Assembly (NCBI GenBank): GCA_031277035.1
Contig: JAISLY010000025.1
Span: 32,068 to 96,067, forward strand
From: Coriobacteriales bacterium
Lineage (GTDB): Bacteria; Actinomycetota; Coriobacteriia; Coriobacteriales; UBA8131
Length of the DNA: 64,000 bases
Direction: 5' to 3'
Both the position numbers and the translations under genes were made by a program. The number at the start of each line of letters is the position of its first letter. Within the stretch, counting starts at the first letter, position 1. The notes beneath the pieces are model-generated. The model made no database searches. It was given only the letters and a program-made list of their open reading frames with translations, and was not told the origin of the DNA. Shown here piece after piece: positions 34,174-43,828 of this stretch.

Positions 34174-35912
34174 GCGGCACCGCCCTTCGCGCCCGTGCCC
34201 ACTCCCGCCGCGCCCTTCGCGCCACTCTCGCCGACCGCACCAGCGCCCGCACCAGCGCCCGCGCCTGCGGTCGCCACTCCCGCCGCGCCCTTCGCGCCCG
34301 CGCCCGTGCCCACTCCCGCCACACCCTTCGCGCCACTCTCGCCGACCGCACCAGCGCCCGGCACATCCTCCGCACCATCTTCAAGAGCCGCGAGCACCGC
34401 GGCCATCTTATCGCGACATTCCTGATATTCGCGTGCCGGCACGCTGTCGGCCACAATACCGGCACCGCTGCGTATGAAGAGGCGGCCCTCCTTCTTAAAG
34501 GCGAGGCGGATGGCGATGCAGGTGTCGAGGTTGCCGTTAAAGGCCAGGTAGCCAACCGCACCACCGTAAACGCCGCGCTTGCTGCCCTCAAGTTCGTTGA
34601 TAATCTCGCAGGCGCGCAGCTTGGGGGCACCGGAAAGCGTACCCGCCGGGAGAATCGCATCGATGACCTCGCTCGGCGAAACCTCGGGGCGCAGGGCGCC
34701 GCGCACGGTCGAGCCGATGTGCATGACGTGCGAGAAGCGCAGCACCGTGCGATACTCCTCAAGCTCCACACTGCCAAAACGCGCGACCTTGCCCACATCG
34801 TTACGGCCCAGATCAACGAGCATGTTGTGCTCGGCGAGCTCCTTCTCATCAGCGAGAAGCTCAGCTTCAAGAGCCGCGTCCTCTTCAGGCGTCGTGCCAC
34901 GGGGGCGAGTGCCCGCCAGAGGGTAGGTAAAAACATCGCCGTCGATGACCTTCACGAGTGTCTCGGGCGACGCACCGGCCAGCTCGATGTCATCGCTGGC
35001 GAAGTAGAAGAGATACGGCGAGGGGTTGATGCGCCGCAGCCTCTCGTAGGTGCCAAAGAGGCTGCCCGTGGCCGGAGCGGAAAGACGGTTTGAGAGCACG
35101 ACCTGGAATATATCACCCTCGTGGATGTAGTGTTTTGCGCGTTGGACCATACGAGCATAGCGAGCCTCGTCAAACAACGCTTCAAAGGGGCCCTCCCGGC
35201 ACAGGGGGGGAAAGTCGGCCTTCTTTCCTGTGGCAAGGAGCCGGGCAAGGGAGCGGAGCTCATGGGTGGCCTTCTCGTAATTCTCCTCAAACGTGTCGGT
35301 GCGCACCGTGGCGATGAGCAGGATGCGACGTTGATGGTGGTCAAAGGCTATAACCTTGTCAAAGAGCATCAGGTCAAAGTCCTTAAAGCCCTCCTCGTCC
35401 GCATCGGCAAAGCGCAGGCTTGGTTCACAATAGCTGAGATAGTCGTAGGAAAAGTAGCCCACCAGCCCGCCGGTAAAGGGGGGCAGTTCGGTCAGCCGAG
35501 GGCAGCGATACTCCTCGAGGATGCCGTCGATAAAGCTGCCCGGCTCACGGGTGGCAACTTCGAACTGCGTGCCGTTTTTGATCTGTAGACGCCCGTTCTG
35601 ACAGCTGATTTCGGCTGTCGGGTCAAAGCCGATAAAGGTGTAGCGCCCCCATCGGTCGGGGTCCTCCCGGCTCTCCAGAATAAAGCAGTGCCTGCTCAGA
35701 CGCTTGAGGACTGCGAATAGTTCGAGCGGATCGCGGCCCTGGCCCGGAAGAATCGCGTAGACGGGCATTGAGGCAAAGCCGCGAGCCAGAAGCTTTGCGG
35801 TCGCAAGGCTTGGGTGGCAGGTGACGCTTCGGTGCTCCGCAGACGGCGAGGCGTCTGGTGCCGCAGCTGATGCGGCAGGGAGCCGTGGGTCTTGTTGTGC
35901 GGTCTGATCCAT
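34170..35912 (-). CDS. trpE: Anthranilate synthase component I with a roughly 65-aa G/A-rich C-terminal extension
   Basis: GGLVGYFSYD, LAGTRPRG, MHIGSTV, GTLSGAPK and GGAVGY. GAAGGGGAAG RBS before ATG 35912. The longer track ORF to 36011 would overlap the leader terminator. Confidence 0.9.
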   Translation of the reverse strand: MDQTAQQDPRLPAASAAAPDASPSAEHRSVTCHPSLATAKLLARGFASMPVYAILPGQGRDPLELFAVLKRLSRHCFILESREDPDRWGRYTFIGFDPTAEISCQNGRLQIKNGTQFEVATREPGSFIDGILEEYRCPRLTELPPFTGGLVGYFSYDYLSYCEPSLRFADADEEGFKDFDLMLFDKVIAFDHHQRRILLIATVRTDTFEENYEKATHELRSLARLLATGKKADFPPLCREGPFEALFDEARYARMVQRAKHYIHEGDIFQVVLSNRLSAPATGSLFGTYERLRRINPSPYLFYFASDDIELAGASPETLVKVIDGDVFTYPLAGTRPRGTTPEEDAALEAELLADEKELAEHNMLVDLGRNDVGKVARFGSVELEEYRTVLRFSHVMHIGSTVRGALRPEVSPSEVIDAILPAGTLSGAPKLRACEIINELEGSKRGVYGGAVGYLAFNGNLDTCIAIRLAFKKEGRLFIRSGAGIVADSVPAREYQECRDKMAAVLAALEDGAEDVPGAGAVGESGAKGVAGVGTGAGAKGAAGVATAGAGAGAGAGAVGESGAKGAAGVGTGAKGGAA

Positions 35913-35924
35913 GCGTTTCTTCCC

Positions 35925-36286
35925 CTTCTCGGACTCTCTTTTGGGCCAGAGGGGATAAAAAACCGCCCCTGGCGTCTTTGCCAAGGACGGATGGAAAATC
36001 CGCGGTGCCACCTTGATTCGGGCATCTTACGCCCGCTCTTCATGGAGTACGGTCATACTCCCGACCGGTAACGTCGATCCTACGTCGTCAGCTACTCGTT
36101 TGTTTTCTTCGACACGTGCCCCGGCAATCACGTCACCAGCTTGGGTCGAAACTGAAAACTCCCTTTCACCACGCCCTCCGTGGCCCATTTAGCAGACTGC
36201 ATACTGCCGGATTCTCAACACCCCGGCTCTCTGTAAGCGCATCTCCTGCTTTTATTCCCACATCAACGGTTTAAGATATTCGGTTA
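35925..36286 (-). ncRNA. T-box leader (probable tRNA-Trp specifier) upstream of trpE
   Basis: Minus strand has the Stem I elements CAGAGAGCCGGGGUGUUGAGAAUCCGGC, a candidate specifier region CUAAAUGGGCC containing UGG, the T-box sequence AAUCAAGGUGGCACCGCGG (36000-36018), and then the terminator. Confidence 0.7.
35957..35990 (-). terminator. Intrinsic terminator of the trp leader
   Basis: Minus-strand RNA reads CCGUCCUUGG-CAAAGACG-CCAGGGGCGG-UUUUUU, a 10-bp stem with two G-U pairs. It overlaps the region 3' of the T-box sequence. Confidence 0.7.
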
Positions 36287-36293
36287 GAGAGAC

Positions 36294-36323
36294 ATTCTAG
36301 GAACTTCTTCCTCCTTTTGTCAA
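36294..36323 (-). promoter_or_regulatory. Sigma-70-type promoter for the trp leader/operon
   Basis: On the minus strand: TTGACA (36323..36318), an 18-nt spacer, then TAGAAT (36299..36294). Confidence 0.55.
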
Positions 36324-36552
36324 ATCGAGATTGTCGGCGCCGAGGCAATGCGCCGAGGCAAAGGTCGGGCTGGGGCGCAGCACGAAAGCCTCATCATCGT
36401 CCCTGATGAGGCTTTCGTGGATCGTGCTGACAGGTGCCAATCTTTCCCGGTCTTTTCCGACCCTTCCTGGCCTTTCCAGGTCTGTCCCGGCCCTTCCCGA
36501 CCCTTCCTGGCCTTCCCGGGTCTCTCCTGGACTTTCCCTGGGCACTGACTCC

Positions 36553-38325
36553 TTATGCGGTAGCGGCTGCCTTACCGGCGTGCCGACCAAAGGTCACCGT
36601 GCGGCCGCAGGCATGGCCGGTCGCCAGGTTAAAATACGTATTAGCATAATAGCCCCCGCTGTCGTTGCCCACCACATACAGACCGGGAATGGGCTCACCC
36701 TGCGCGTCCAGGGCACGCATATCGGTATCGATGCGGATGCCGTCAAGAGTGGCAAGCGTGTAGGCGCAGGCCCATGTCCCAAAAAACGGTGCCTGTCGAA
36801 CGGCGGAAAGTCGGAACGCCTCCTTGCCGTAATCCTCATCGGCTCCTGCGTCATACAGCTCGTTATAGCGCTCTATCGTCGCCTTGAAGGCATCGGCTGG
36901 CAGCTGGAGCTTTTCGGCCAGCTCCTCAATGCTGTCGGCCTGCTGCACGATGCCCTGCTCAATCAGACCATCTACCATGCCCGCCGCTATCTCCAGAGGG
37001 ATGTCCGGCTGAGCACCGTTGTCATTTGGGAAGGTGCGCGAGCAGCCGTGCATATCAAAACGCACGATGTCGTCTTTAAAGTTGCCATCCCAGATGGTGC
37101 AGTAGACCCGCTGCGGCTGTTTACTGGCGGCATGGGCGATAAAGTCGTAGGTGCCCGACTCATTGGTAAAGCGCCTGCCCTTGAGGTTGACTTTCAGGAA
37201 GGGTTGCTCGCCAAGCCAGAAGAAGGCACCGCCGCTGTCCGGCCCCTGAGGTTCGGTACCCACGGGCAGGGCACAGCGGTCAAAAAGCATCAGACAGTGG
37301 TCGATGTCATGGTCTGCCCCCGCCCAGATGCAGGCCTTGATGCCATCGCCGGCGGCGCCGGGTATAATCATCTCCCAACCCAGCAGGTCGTAGGTCTCCG
37401 GCTGCAGAGCCTTGAGCATCTCATGGTTCTCGGCATAGCCACCGGTACAGACGATGACGCCCTTGCTGGCGTTAATCTGAACATAGTCGCCGGTGTCGCT
37501 TTGCTGCGCGATAACGCCGCTGATGCGTCCATCGGTCTTGAGGAGTTTGACCATTGGCGTGTTGTAGCGAAACTCCACGCCCAGACCAAGGGCGTAATCT
37601 GTGAGCACCGTGGCGCCGTTGAGCGTAGCAGCGCCGTTCTCGTCCATCGGCCATGCCGGCGAGTGTCCGGTGACAAAATGCTTGTAATTGACCGTCTCCT
37701 TTTCCTGGGTATACTCCAACCAGAGTTGCACGTCCCGCTCCGCCAGGCGGTCTGCGTACCAGTCGACCGTCTGGCCGCTCTCACGTGCCCAGACATAATG
37801 CAGGTCGGGCTGCATGCGGCCAGCTGAGTAGCGGTAGGCCTCACGGACTATCTCCTGAATGTCGATGTCCACGCCGGCCTCCTGCTGGTAACGGGAGCCG
37901 ATAGCCCCCATGTCATCGCGTATGCCGCCGGAGGTAAACTTGTCGATGACCAGCACCTTGGCGCCGTTTTCTGCCGCTGAACAGCAGGCGAACAGGCCGC
38001 CGGTGCCGCCGCCCACCACAAGCACCTCGGTCTCAAGGGTCTGCGTGATAGCGGCCGCGTCTATCTCGGGCTCGCTGCCAAGCCAGTCGTAGGCGGCTGT
38101 CGAGCCCCCTGCGCCCGCAGCACCGGCGGCGTCGCCGCCTGCGGCAGCACCTGCAGCGCCGCCGTCCGCCGCGCCGTCCGTGCCGCCGCGTGATGCCGGG
38201 GCACAGCCGCTCAACGCCCCGAGGGCAGAGACCGTTCCAATCGAAAGCGCACCAGCCAAAAAGCCGCGCCGGGACAATACGTGCTCAATCTCGGGGCTCA
38301 GCTTCTCCCTGTCTGTTGTTGCCAT
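36553..38325 (-). CDS. Tat-exported FAD-dependent flavoprotein reductase (fumarate reductase family), lipoprotein
   Basis: SRRGFLAGALSIGTVSALGALSGC signal, VLVVGGGTGGL FAD motif, and a C-terminal GLYVVGNDSGG motif. Confidence 0.8.
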   Translation of the reverse strand: MATTDREKLSPEIEHVLSRRGFLAGALSIGTVSALGALSGCAPASRGGTDGAADGGAAGAAAGGDAAGAAGAGGSTAAYDWLGSEPEIDAAAITQTLETEVLVVGGGTGGLFACCSAAENGAKVLVIDKFTSGGIRDDMGAIGSRYQQEAGVDIDIQEIVREAYRYSAGRMQPDLHYVWARESGQTVDWYADRLAERDVQLWLEYTQEKETVNYKHFVTGHSPAWPMDENGAATLNGATVLTDYALGLGVEFRYNTPMVKLLKTDGRISGVIAQQSDTGDYVQINASKGVIVCTGGYAENHEMLKALQPETYDLLGWEMIIPGAAGDGIKACIWAGADHDIDHCLMLFDRCALPVGTEPQGPDSGGAFFWLGEQPFLKVNLKGRRFTNESGTYDFIAHAASKQPQRVYCTIWDGNFKDDIVRFDMHGCSRTFPNDNGAQPDIPLEIAAGMVDGLIEQGIVQQADSIEELAEKLQLPADAFKATIERYNELYDAGADEDYGKEAFRLSAVRQAPFFGTWACAYTLATLDGIRIDTDMRALDAQGEPIPGLYVVGNDSGGYYANTYFNLATGHACGRTVTFGRHAGKAAATA

Positions 38326-38368
38326 ACAATCCTCCTCATTCGTTTTCTGCGATGCGAGCCGCAGGCCA

Positions 38369-40054
38369 TCAGGCGTTGGCGATATAGTCGTGTGCGTGGT
38401 TGGCAGCCGTGCGGCCGCTGTTTACGCTGTTTGCACAGGCCGATCCCGGCATACTGATGGTATAGGTGCAGTTATAGAGCATGGCGCCATCAACACCGGC
38501 GACATAGAGACCGACAATCGGCTCCTTTGCAGCCGTCAGGGGGCGAAAATGCCTGTCAGTACACACGCCTCCAAGAGTCGCATCTCCCATGATCTCTGAC
38601 TTGAACAGGTAATACGGAGAGGTATCCAGCGCGACCAGAAACTCCGGCTGCTTACCAAAATCCTCATCTTTACCATTCGCGCAATAGCCATTGTACTTGT
38701 CTATCGTTGCCTTGAGCGCAGCGCCATCCAGGCCTTTGGCGTTTCCTAACTCCTCGATACTGTCGGCCTTCACAATCGTGTCAGGATAGGTTTCCATCAA
38801 TGCGACAAAGGCTTCCCTGAGCTCATCGGTGGACATGGAGGTGTCAACCCACTTCTGGTCAAAGACCTGATACTGCTCCTTACAGAATTTGCGAGGAGCA
38901 ATAGCAAGCTCGTCTGCTGATTCCGCGCCAATGCCCTCATTTACAAACCTCTGGCACCCTTCTTCAACCCATACCGTCGAAACATTCATAAAAATGAGCG
39001 GACCCATCAGTGTTCGCCAGTTGACCTTGTCGGTAATCATCAAGGTCCAACTTTGCGAGGCGTCTCCACAGGGTATGCCTTCCGGCTGCACGCCTCCTTC
39101 GATACAGGTCAGAGGGTAGGGCTTTGCGCCGACTTGCTGCGCCATGAGCATGCCGTCTCCCATGCGGTTCATCGCCTTGGCCACTTCCAGACACGCTTTC
39201 GAAACCTCGCCTGGGCTGATGTTCATCTGCTGCGACAGGAGATCCTCGTTGCCTATATACCCCCCGGCACACAGGATGACTGCCTTTGCGTTTACCTGAA
39301 GGTACGTACCGTCACCTTTGATGGCATACAGACCGATAACCTTACCAGCTCCATCGGTAATGAGCTCTTTCGCGGCGGTATTAAAGATGAATTGGACGCC
39401 ATTGGTCTTGGCCTTTGCCTCCATCTGGGAAACGTAGCCGTCCTTGGCGTGGCCGTCTTTGAACCAGTGAAACGTGGTCACTTCGCCGCCGGGCATATAG
39501 CCGTCAATGACTCCCGAGAACTCAACTCCGTTGTCAATCATCCACTGAATGTTTTGCGCTGAGTTGGAGATGAGGTCATCCCACATCAAACCGCTCACTG
39601 CATAGCCAGCCTTTTTGACTTCATTACGTAAGATGCCAGCCTTGTCCAGGTGTATGCCCTGCTCAATTTGCATGGGAGAGTCGACGCCGAAGCAGCCTTC
39701 AACCCCATTGCCGGCTCCGCCGACAAGGCCGCCGGCTTCCAGCGTTACCACGTTATCACCGTTTTCTGACGCCTGGACAGAAGCAGAAAGTCCCGACATA
39801 CCTGCACCGACAATAACAATATCGCAGTCGATGGTTTCGGAGACGTCTTTAGAGGTCTCCTGACTGTCCATGCCTTCCGCGTTACTGGTGTCGCCTTGAT
39901 TATCTGTCCCACCACCAGCATCTGTGCAGCCTGCCAGACCCAGAGCCGCGAGTGCGGCAACCCCACCGACAACCGCGCCTTCTTTAAGAAACTGCCTCCT
40001 GTTGATTCCTGTGCTGTCCATGTCTGTCTCCATATCTTCCGTTGTATCCTTCAT
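38369..40054 (-). CDS. Tat-exported FAD-dependent flavoprotein reductase (fumarate reductase family), lipoprotein
   Basis: NRRQFLKEGAVVGGVAALAALGLAGC signal, IVIVGAGMSGL, and GLYVAGVDGAM. AAAGGAGGGAAC RBS before ATG 40054. Confidence 0.8.
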   Translation of the reverse strand: MKDTTEDMETDMDSTGINRRQFLKEGAVVGGVAALAALGLAGCTDAGGGTDNQGDTSNAEGMDSQETSKDVSETIDCDIVIVGAGMSGLSASVQASENGDNVVTLEAGGLVGGAGNGVEGCFGVDSPMQIEQGIHLDKAGILRNEVKKAGYAVSGLMWDDLISNSAQNIQWMIDNGVEFSGVIDGYMPGGEVTTFHWFKDGHAKDGYVSQMEAKAKTNGVQFIFNTAAKELITDGAGKVIGLYAIKGDGTYLQVNAKAVILCAGGYIGNEDLLSQQMNISPGEVSKACLEVAKAMNRMGDGMLMAQQVGAKPYPLTCIEGGVQPEGIPCGDASQSWTLMITDKVNWRTLMGPLIFMNVSTVWVEEGCQRFVNEGIGAESADELAIAPRKFCKEQYQVFDQKWVDTSMSTDELREAFVALMETYPDTIVKADSIEELGNAKGLDGAALKATIDKYNGYCANGKDEDFGKQPEFLVALDTSPYYLFKSEIMGDATLGGVCTDRHFRPLTAAKEPIVGLYVAGVDGAMLYNCTYTISMPGSACANSVNSGRTAANHAHDYIANA

Positions 40055-40253
40055 GTTCCCTCCTTTCTCTCGCATCCTTCCCTCGCGTCAATACCAGATT
40101 GACGCCTGAAGATTCTGCGGAAGATTGGTGCGTCTGGAAACTCCCAAAACAGGTAAAACGGCTCTCCTGGGACGATTGCCCCGTTTTGGGGGAATGTCAT
40201 GGAGGCTTCCCACGTCTATACTGTAGGAGGATGTTGAGACAAGGAGTGGGAAT

Positions 40254-41729
40254 ATGGGAGGCAGCGGGGACATGGCCGACGGCGGCCTTCGCTCCGTAGT
40301 GACAAGCTTCAGCGCAGTGGCCAAAGACAGCCTCTGGCTGCTTGCAAGTTTTGGGTTGTACTGGACCTGGAACCTGCTCTTTTTGCTCGGCCCCTCCTTC
40401 TCTGCCGGTGGCAGTCTGGCAATCGATGACCATGTGCCCCTGGGTTTTGCGATACTCCTTACGGGAAGCGCCGTCTGCTTTGCAAGCGCCGCGCTGTGTG
40501 AGCGCTACGACCGGCTTGCGAGCGGCAGGCTCTTTGTCCCCCTTCAACTGACGGCCCTGCTGCTGGGAATGATCTGTTACCAGTTGGGCCAGGTGATTGC
40601 CCCCTCCCTCGCCTTCAGCGGTGCCCGCTTCGCCGTACGTATCGCGGGGTCGGTGCTGATTGGCGGCGGCATGGCCCTTTTCTGTCTTGAGGGCGCTCGC
40701 CTGTTCCGAGCCGTCGGACACAGAAAGACCCTGTACCTTGGTATTCTCTCGATGTTTGGCGGCAGCACGCTTGCCTATCTCGTCACTTTAAGTCCCCCGC
40801 TTCTTGCTTCCTGCCCCATGCTGCTTCTCCCCATCCTGATGGTGTATTGCCAGAGGCGCGGCTTTCGTCAATATCCGAAGCCCTGGCTCTATATCGCACG
40901 ACCCGAACCTCGACGCAGCATCCCCCGTGGATTTTTGATCGTAACCGCGCTACAGGGGATTGCCATGGGAGGGATGTTTGCCCTGTTGAGAAGCCTCGGA
41001 CTGCCCGCCAACCACCTTGCGAACTTCATTGCCTTCACGATTGCCACGGGCATCCTGGTTTTGACGGTGCTTCCCCGGGACCTGAACTTTAACAACCTGA
41101 TATTTCGGCTGGGGTTTCCCATCATGGCATCGGGCTACTTCCTGATCTCGCTCATCCCGGGCGCACCTTTGGCGGGCAACCTCCTGTTCTATATGGGCTA
41201 CTGCTACCTCTACCTCATCATCTGCTGCCTCTGCGTATATCTGGCACGCATACACAGGCAGTCGGCCATCTGGGTCGTGGGTCTGGGTACTGGCTGCCTG
41301 TTGGCGGGACAACTCCTCGGCGAGTTTGCCGGCAGTATGCTCTCCGAAATCTCAAGCGTTGGATTTGCCACCGTCATGACATTCCTCTACCTGCTTTTGG
41401 CGACCGTCCTCAGCGGCACAGACATTGCCCACGGCTGGGGATCGGTTCGGCTGGGCACGGCAGAGTACCTCAGCCTGGCCATGAACTCCGCCTGCGAAAA
41501 ACTCGCGGTTGAGTTTTCCCTGTCCGACCGGGAAAAAGAGGTTCTGCTGCTGTTGATACGGGGGCGCACCAGACGCTACGTCAGCGAACAGCTCAACGTC
41601 TCCGAGGAGACCGCGAAAAGCCATACGGGCAGGATATACGCCAAACTTTCTGTCCATTCGCACACCGAGCTGGTAAACCTCGTGGAGCACTACGCCGATT
41701 CGTTTACCGAAAATCCGGATGCCCCGTAG
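40254..41729 (+). CDS. Membrane-embedded LuxR-family transcriptional regulator
   Basis: About 10 hydrophobic helices, then LSDREKEVLLLLIRGRTRRYVSEQLNVSEETAKSHTGRIYAKL. Divergent from the two reductase genes. Confidence 0.8.
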   Translation: MGGSGDMADGGLRSVVTSFSAVAKDSLWLLASFGLYWTWNLLFLLGPSFSAGGSLAIDDHVPLGFAILLTGSAVCFASAALCERYDRLASGRLFVPLQLTALLLGMICYQLGQVIAPSLAFSGARFAVRIAGSVLIGGGMALFCLEGARLFRAVGHRKTLYLGILSMFGGSTLAYLVTLSPPLLASCPMLLLPILMVYCQRRGFRQYPKPWLYIARPEPRRSIPRGFLIVTALQGIAMGGMFALLRSLGLPANHLANFIAFTIATGILVLTVLPRDLNFNNLIFRLGFPIMASGYFLISLIPGAPLAGNLLFYMGYCYLYLIICCLCVYLARIHRQSAIWVVGLGTGCLLAGQLLGEFAGSMLSEISSVGFATVMTFLYLLLATVLSGTDIAHGWGSVRLGTAEYLSLAMNSACEKLAVEFSLSDREKEVLLLLIRGRTRRYVSEQLNVSEETAKSHTGRIYAKLSVHSHTELVNLVEHYADSFTENPDAP

Positions 41730-41935
41730 GCCGGGCCAGGGTCAGGGGCCGGGGCGGGCCAGGGCCGGGGCGGGCCAGGGCCGGGTCGGGCCAAGGGTCG
41801 GGCCAGGGCCAGGGGCCGGAGCAGGGTCAGGGCCGGGGCAGGGTCAGCGGGGGCGGCAGGGGCCGGGGCGGGCCAGGGCCGGAGCAGAGACAGCGGGGGC
41901 GGCAGGGGCGAGCGGGCGCATCGGGCAGAACCGCC
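41725..41935 (+). repeat. G-run-rich degenerate repeat block between convergent genes
   Basis: gggccagggtcaggggccggggcgggccagggccggggcgggccagggccgggtcgggcc... Dozens of G3-4 runs separated by 1-7 nt. Confidence 0.8.
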
Positions 41936-41977
41936 AGAGAGGGCCGGAGACAGCAGGAGCGCCAGGCAGCCAAGCCC

Positions 41978-42967
41978 CTACAGGTTCTCCTGAACCCAGG
42001 CGATATTGGCGTTCACGGTGCGGACGAGTTCCTCAACGCTTTCAAACGCGCGCATCGGACGGAGATACTCAACGAAGGCAAGCTTTACGTGCGCACCATA
42101 CAGATCGCCCGTAAAGTCGAGGAGATGCGCCTCGATGGTGGCGTTCGTCTCCGAGAAGGTCACCGGCACACCAACGGAGATGGCCGCCTTATAGGGCAGG
42201 TCATCGACCAGCACATAGCCTCCGTAAACGCCATCTCCCAAAGGTGCCAGGCCGGCCTCAGGCACGATGTTCGCGGTCGGAAAGCCCAGCTCACGACCAA
42301 CATAGCGTCCCGGAACCACCCGCCCCCGCAGGTAAAACGGCCTTCTGAGCAAGTTGTTTGCCTCCTCAAGATGGCCCGCTGCAAGCGCATCGCGAATACG
42401 TGTGGCCCTTACAGCTGCACCGTCTGTGGTGAGAAGATCGTGCCCAACAACTTCGCAGCCGCGTTTGCTGCCCCATTGCCGCAGGTCGTCTACCGTGCCG
42501 AGCGCTCTGCTGCCAAAATGAAAGTCGCGTCCCACATGGATTGCACGCGGCGTACCCTGCGCGGCAATCACACCGTCGAGAAAATCGCGGGGTGAGCGGG
42601 CAGCGAGTGCCTCGTCAAAGGGGATGACCAGGACGTGCGCGACCTCCAAGGTTGCCAGATGGGCGAGACGATCCTCATTGGTCATCAGCTTCCGCTGACG
42701 CTCAAGGGGCAAGAAGAGCTCGTCTGGATCGTGGTCAAATGTGATAACGGCGACCGGCAGGCCGAGAGAGGCCGCCTGTTTGACAGCGGTGCCGATGATA
42801 TAGCGATGCCCCTCGTGCACACCGTCAAAGACGCCCATCGCACAGACCGCTTCGTCGATGACGCACGGCTCGCCAAAAGGAACGTCGGCCTTCAGATCAA
42901 CGATGCGTGCCCGCTGCGCCGCGGTCAACCAGGCATCGGTGAGTTCCCGTTTGTCGAGGTACTCCAT
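41978..42967 (-). CDS. ribF: Bifunctional riboflavin kinase / FMN adenylyltransferase
   Basis: AMGVFDGVHEGHRY, GRDFHFG and GFPTANI. Confidence 0.9.
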   Translation of the reverse strand: MEYLDKRELTDAWLTAAQRARIVDLKADVPFGEPCVIDEAVCAMGVFDGVHEGHRYIIGTAVKQAASLGLPVAVITFDHDPDELFLPLERQRKLMTNEDRLAHLATLEVAHVLVIPFDEALAARSPRDFLDGVIAAQGTPRAIHVGRDFHFGSRALGTVDDLRQWGSKRGCEVVGHDLLTTDGAAVRATRIRDALAAGHLEEANNLLRRPFYLRGRVVPGRYVGRELGFPTANIVPEAGLAPLGDGVYGGYVLVDDLPYKAAISVGVPVTFSETNATIEAHLLDFTGDLYGAHVKLAFVEYLRPMRAFESVEELVRTVNANIAWVQENL

Positions 42968-43828
42968 TTACGCCTCAACCTCGATTCGGAGCGGCTCAAG
43001 CAGGGAGGCGGGCAGAAAACATGAGCTGATGCCCTTCGCGCCCTCCAACGCTTCCAGGGTATACGCCAGCTCGATGCCCACCGTGCCGATACGCGTCCGC
43101 CGCAGGGCGCCAAGATGTGCCCGCGTACCACAGGCTTCGCCAAGATCGCGTGCCAGGGAGCGGATGTAGGTTCCCTTTGAGACCTCAGCGGCAATGTCCC
43201 ACCAGCGCGCATCATGTGCGCCGCTGCCGGCGTCGGCAGACTCGTCGGCGCCCGCGACGCCCGCGACTCGCGCGGCTTCCACGACTCCCATGCCGAGCAG
43301 CTCAAGGGCGTATATCGTCACCCGTCGTGGCTTGACGGCGACCGTCTCGCCGCGTCGCACCCGCCGGTAGGCCGCCACGCCATCGGTCTTGATGGCAGAG
43401 ACCTGCGGCGGAATCTGCTCCTGTTCGCCTTCAAAGCGGCTCAGGAGCTCACGGGCAAAGGAAGGCTCACCTACCTTTTCGGGGACAGCTGCCGTGGCGA
43501 TACGCTCCCCTTCCGCGTCATCACTCTGCGTCGCCGTACCAAAGATGATACGCGCCTCATAGGACTTACGCGCACCAGCAAGCGTTGCGAAACGCCTGCA
43601 GGCCGGGCCGACGCAGACCAACAGAAGGCCGGTCGCCATCGGGTCAAGCGTTCCGGCATGGCCAACGCGCCCCTCCCCGCTTATCCGCCGGACACGGTCA
43701 ACAACATCGTGCGAGGTCATTTTTGCAGGCTTGTCCACCGCCAACACGCCATCGAGAGAGGTCGCGCCGCGCCGGGGTCGTCGTCGCGGGCGCTGCGATT
43801 CGCTTTCGCTTTGTCGCGCGTTACTCAT
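42968..43828 (-). CDS. truB: tRNA pseudouridine(55) synthase
   Basis: GVLAVDKPAKMTSHDVV and GHAGTLDPMATGLL. ATG 43828 overlaps the nrnA stop. Confidence 0.9.
   Translation of the reverse strand: MSNARQSESESQRPRRRPRRGATSLDGVLAVDKPAKMTSHDVVDRVRRISGEGRVGHAGTLDPMATGLLLVCVGPACRRFATLAGARKSYEARIIFGTATQSDDAEGERIATAAVPEKVGEPSFARELLSRFEGEQEQIPPQVSAIKTDGVAAYRRVRRGETVAVKPRRVTIYALELLGMGVVEAARVAGVAGADESADAGSGAHDARWWDIAAEVSKGTYIRSLARDLGEACGTRAHLGALRRTRIGTVGIELAYTLEALEGAKGISSCFLPASLLEPLRIEVEA

Noticed and set aside
41719-42114. 131-aa ORF rich in G/P/R/A across the G-run block
   Set aside because: It is a translation of a low-complexity G-rich repeat, it overlaps the ribF 3' end in antisense, and it has no RBS or motif.
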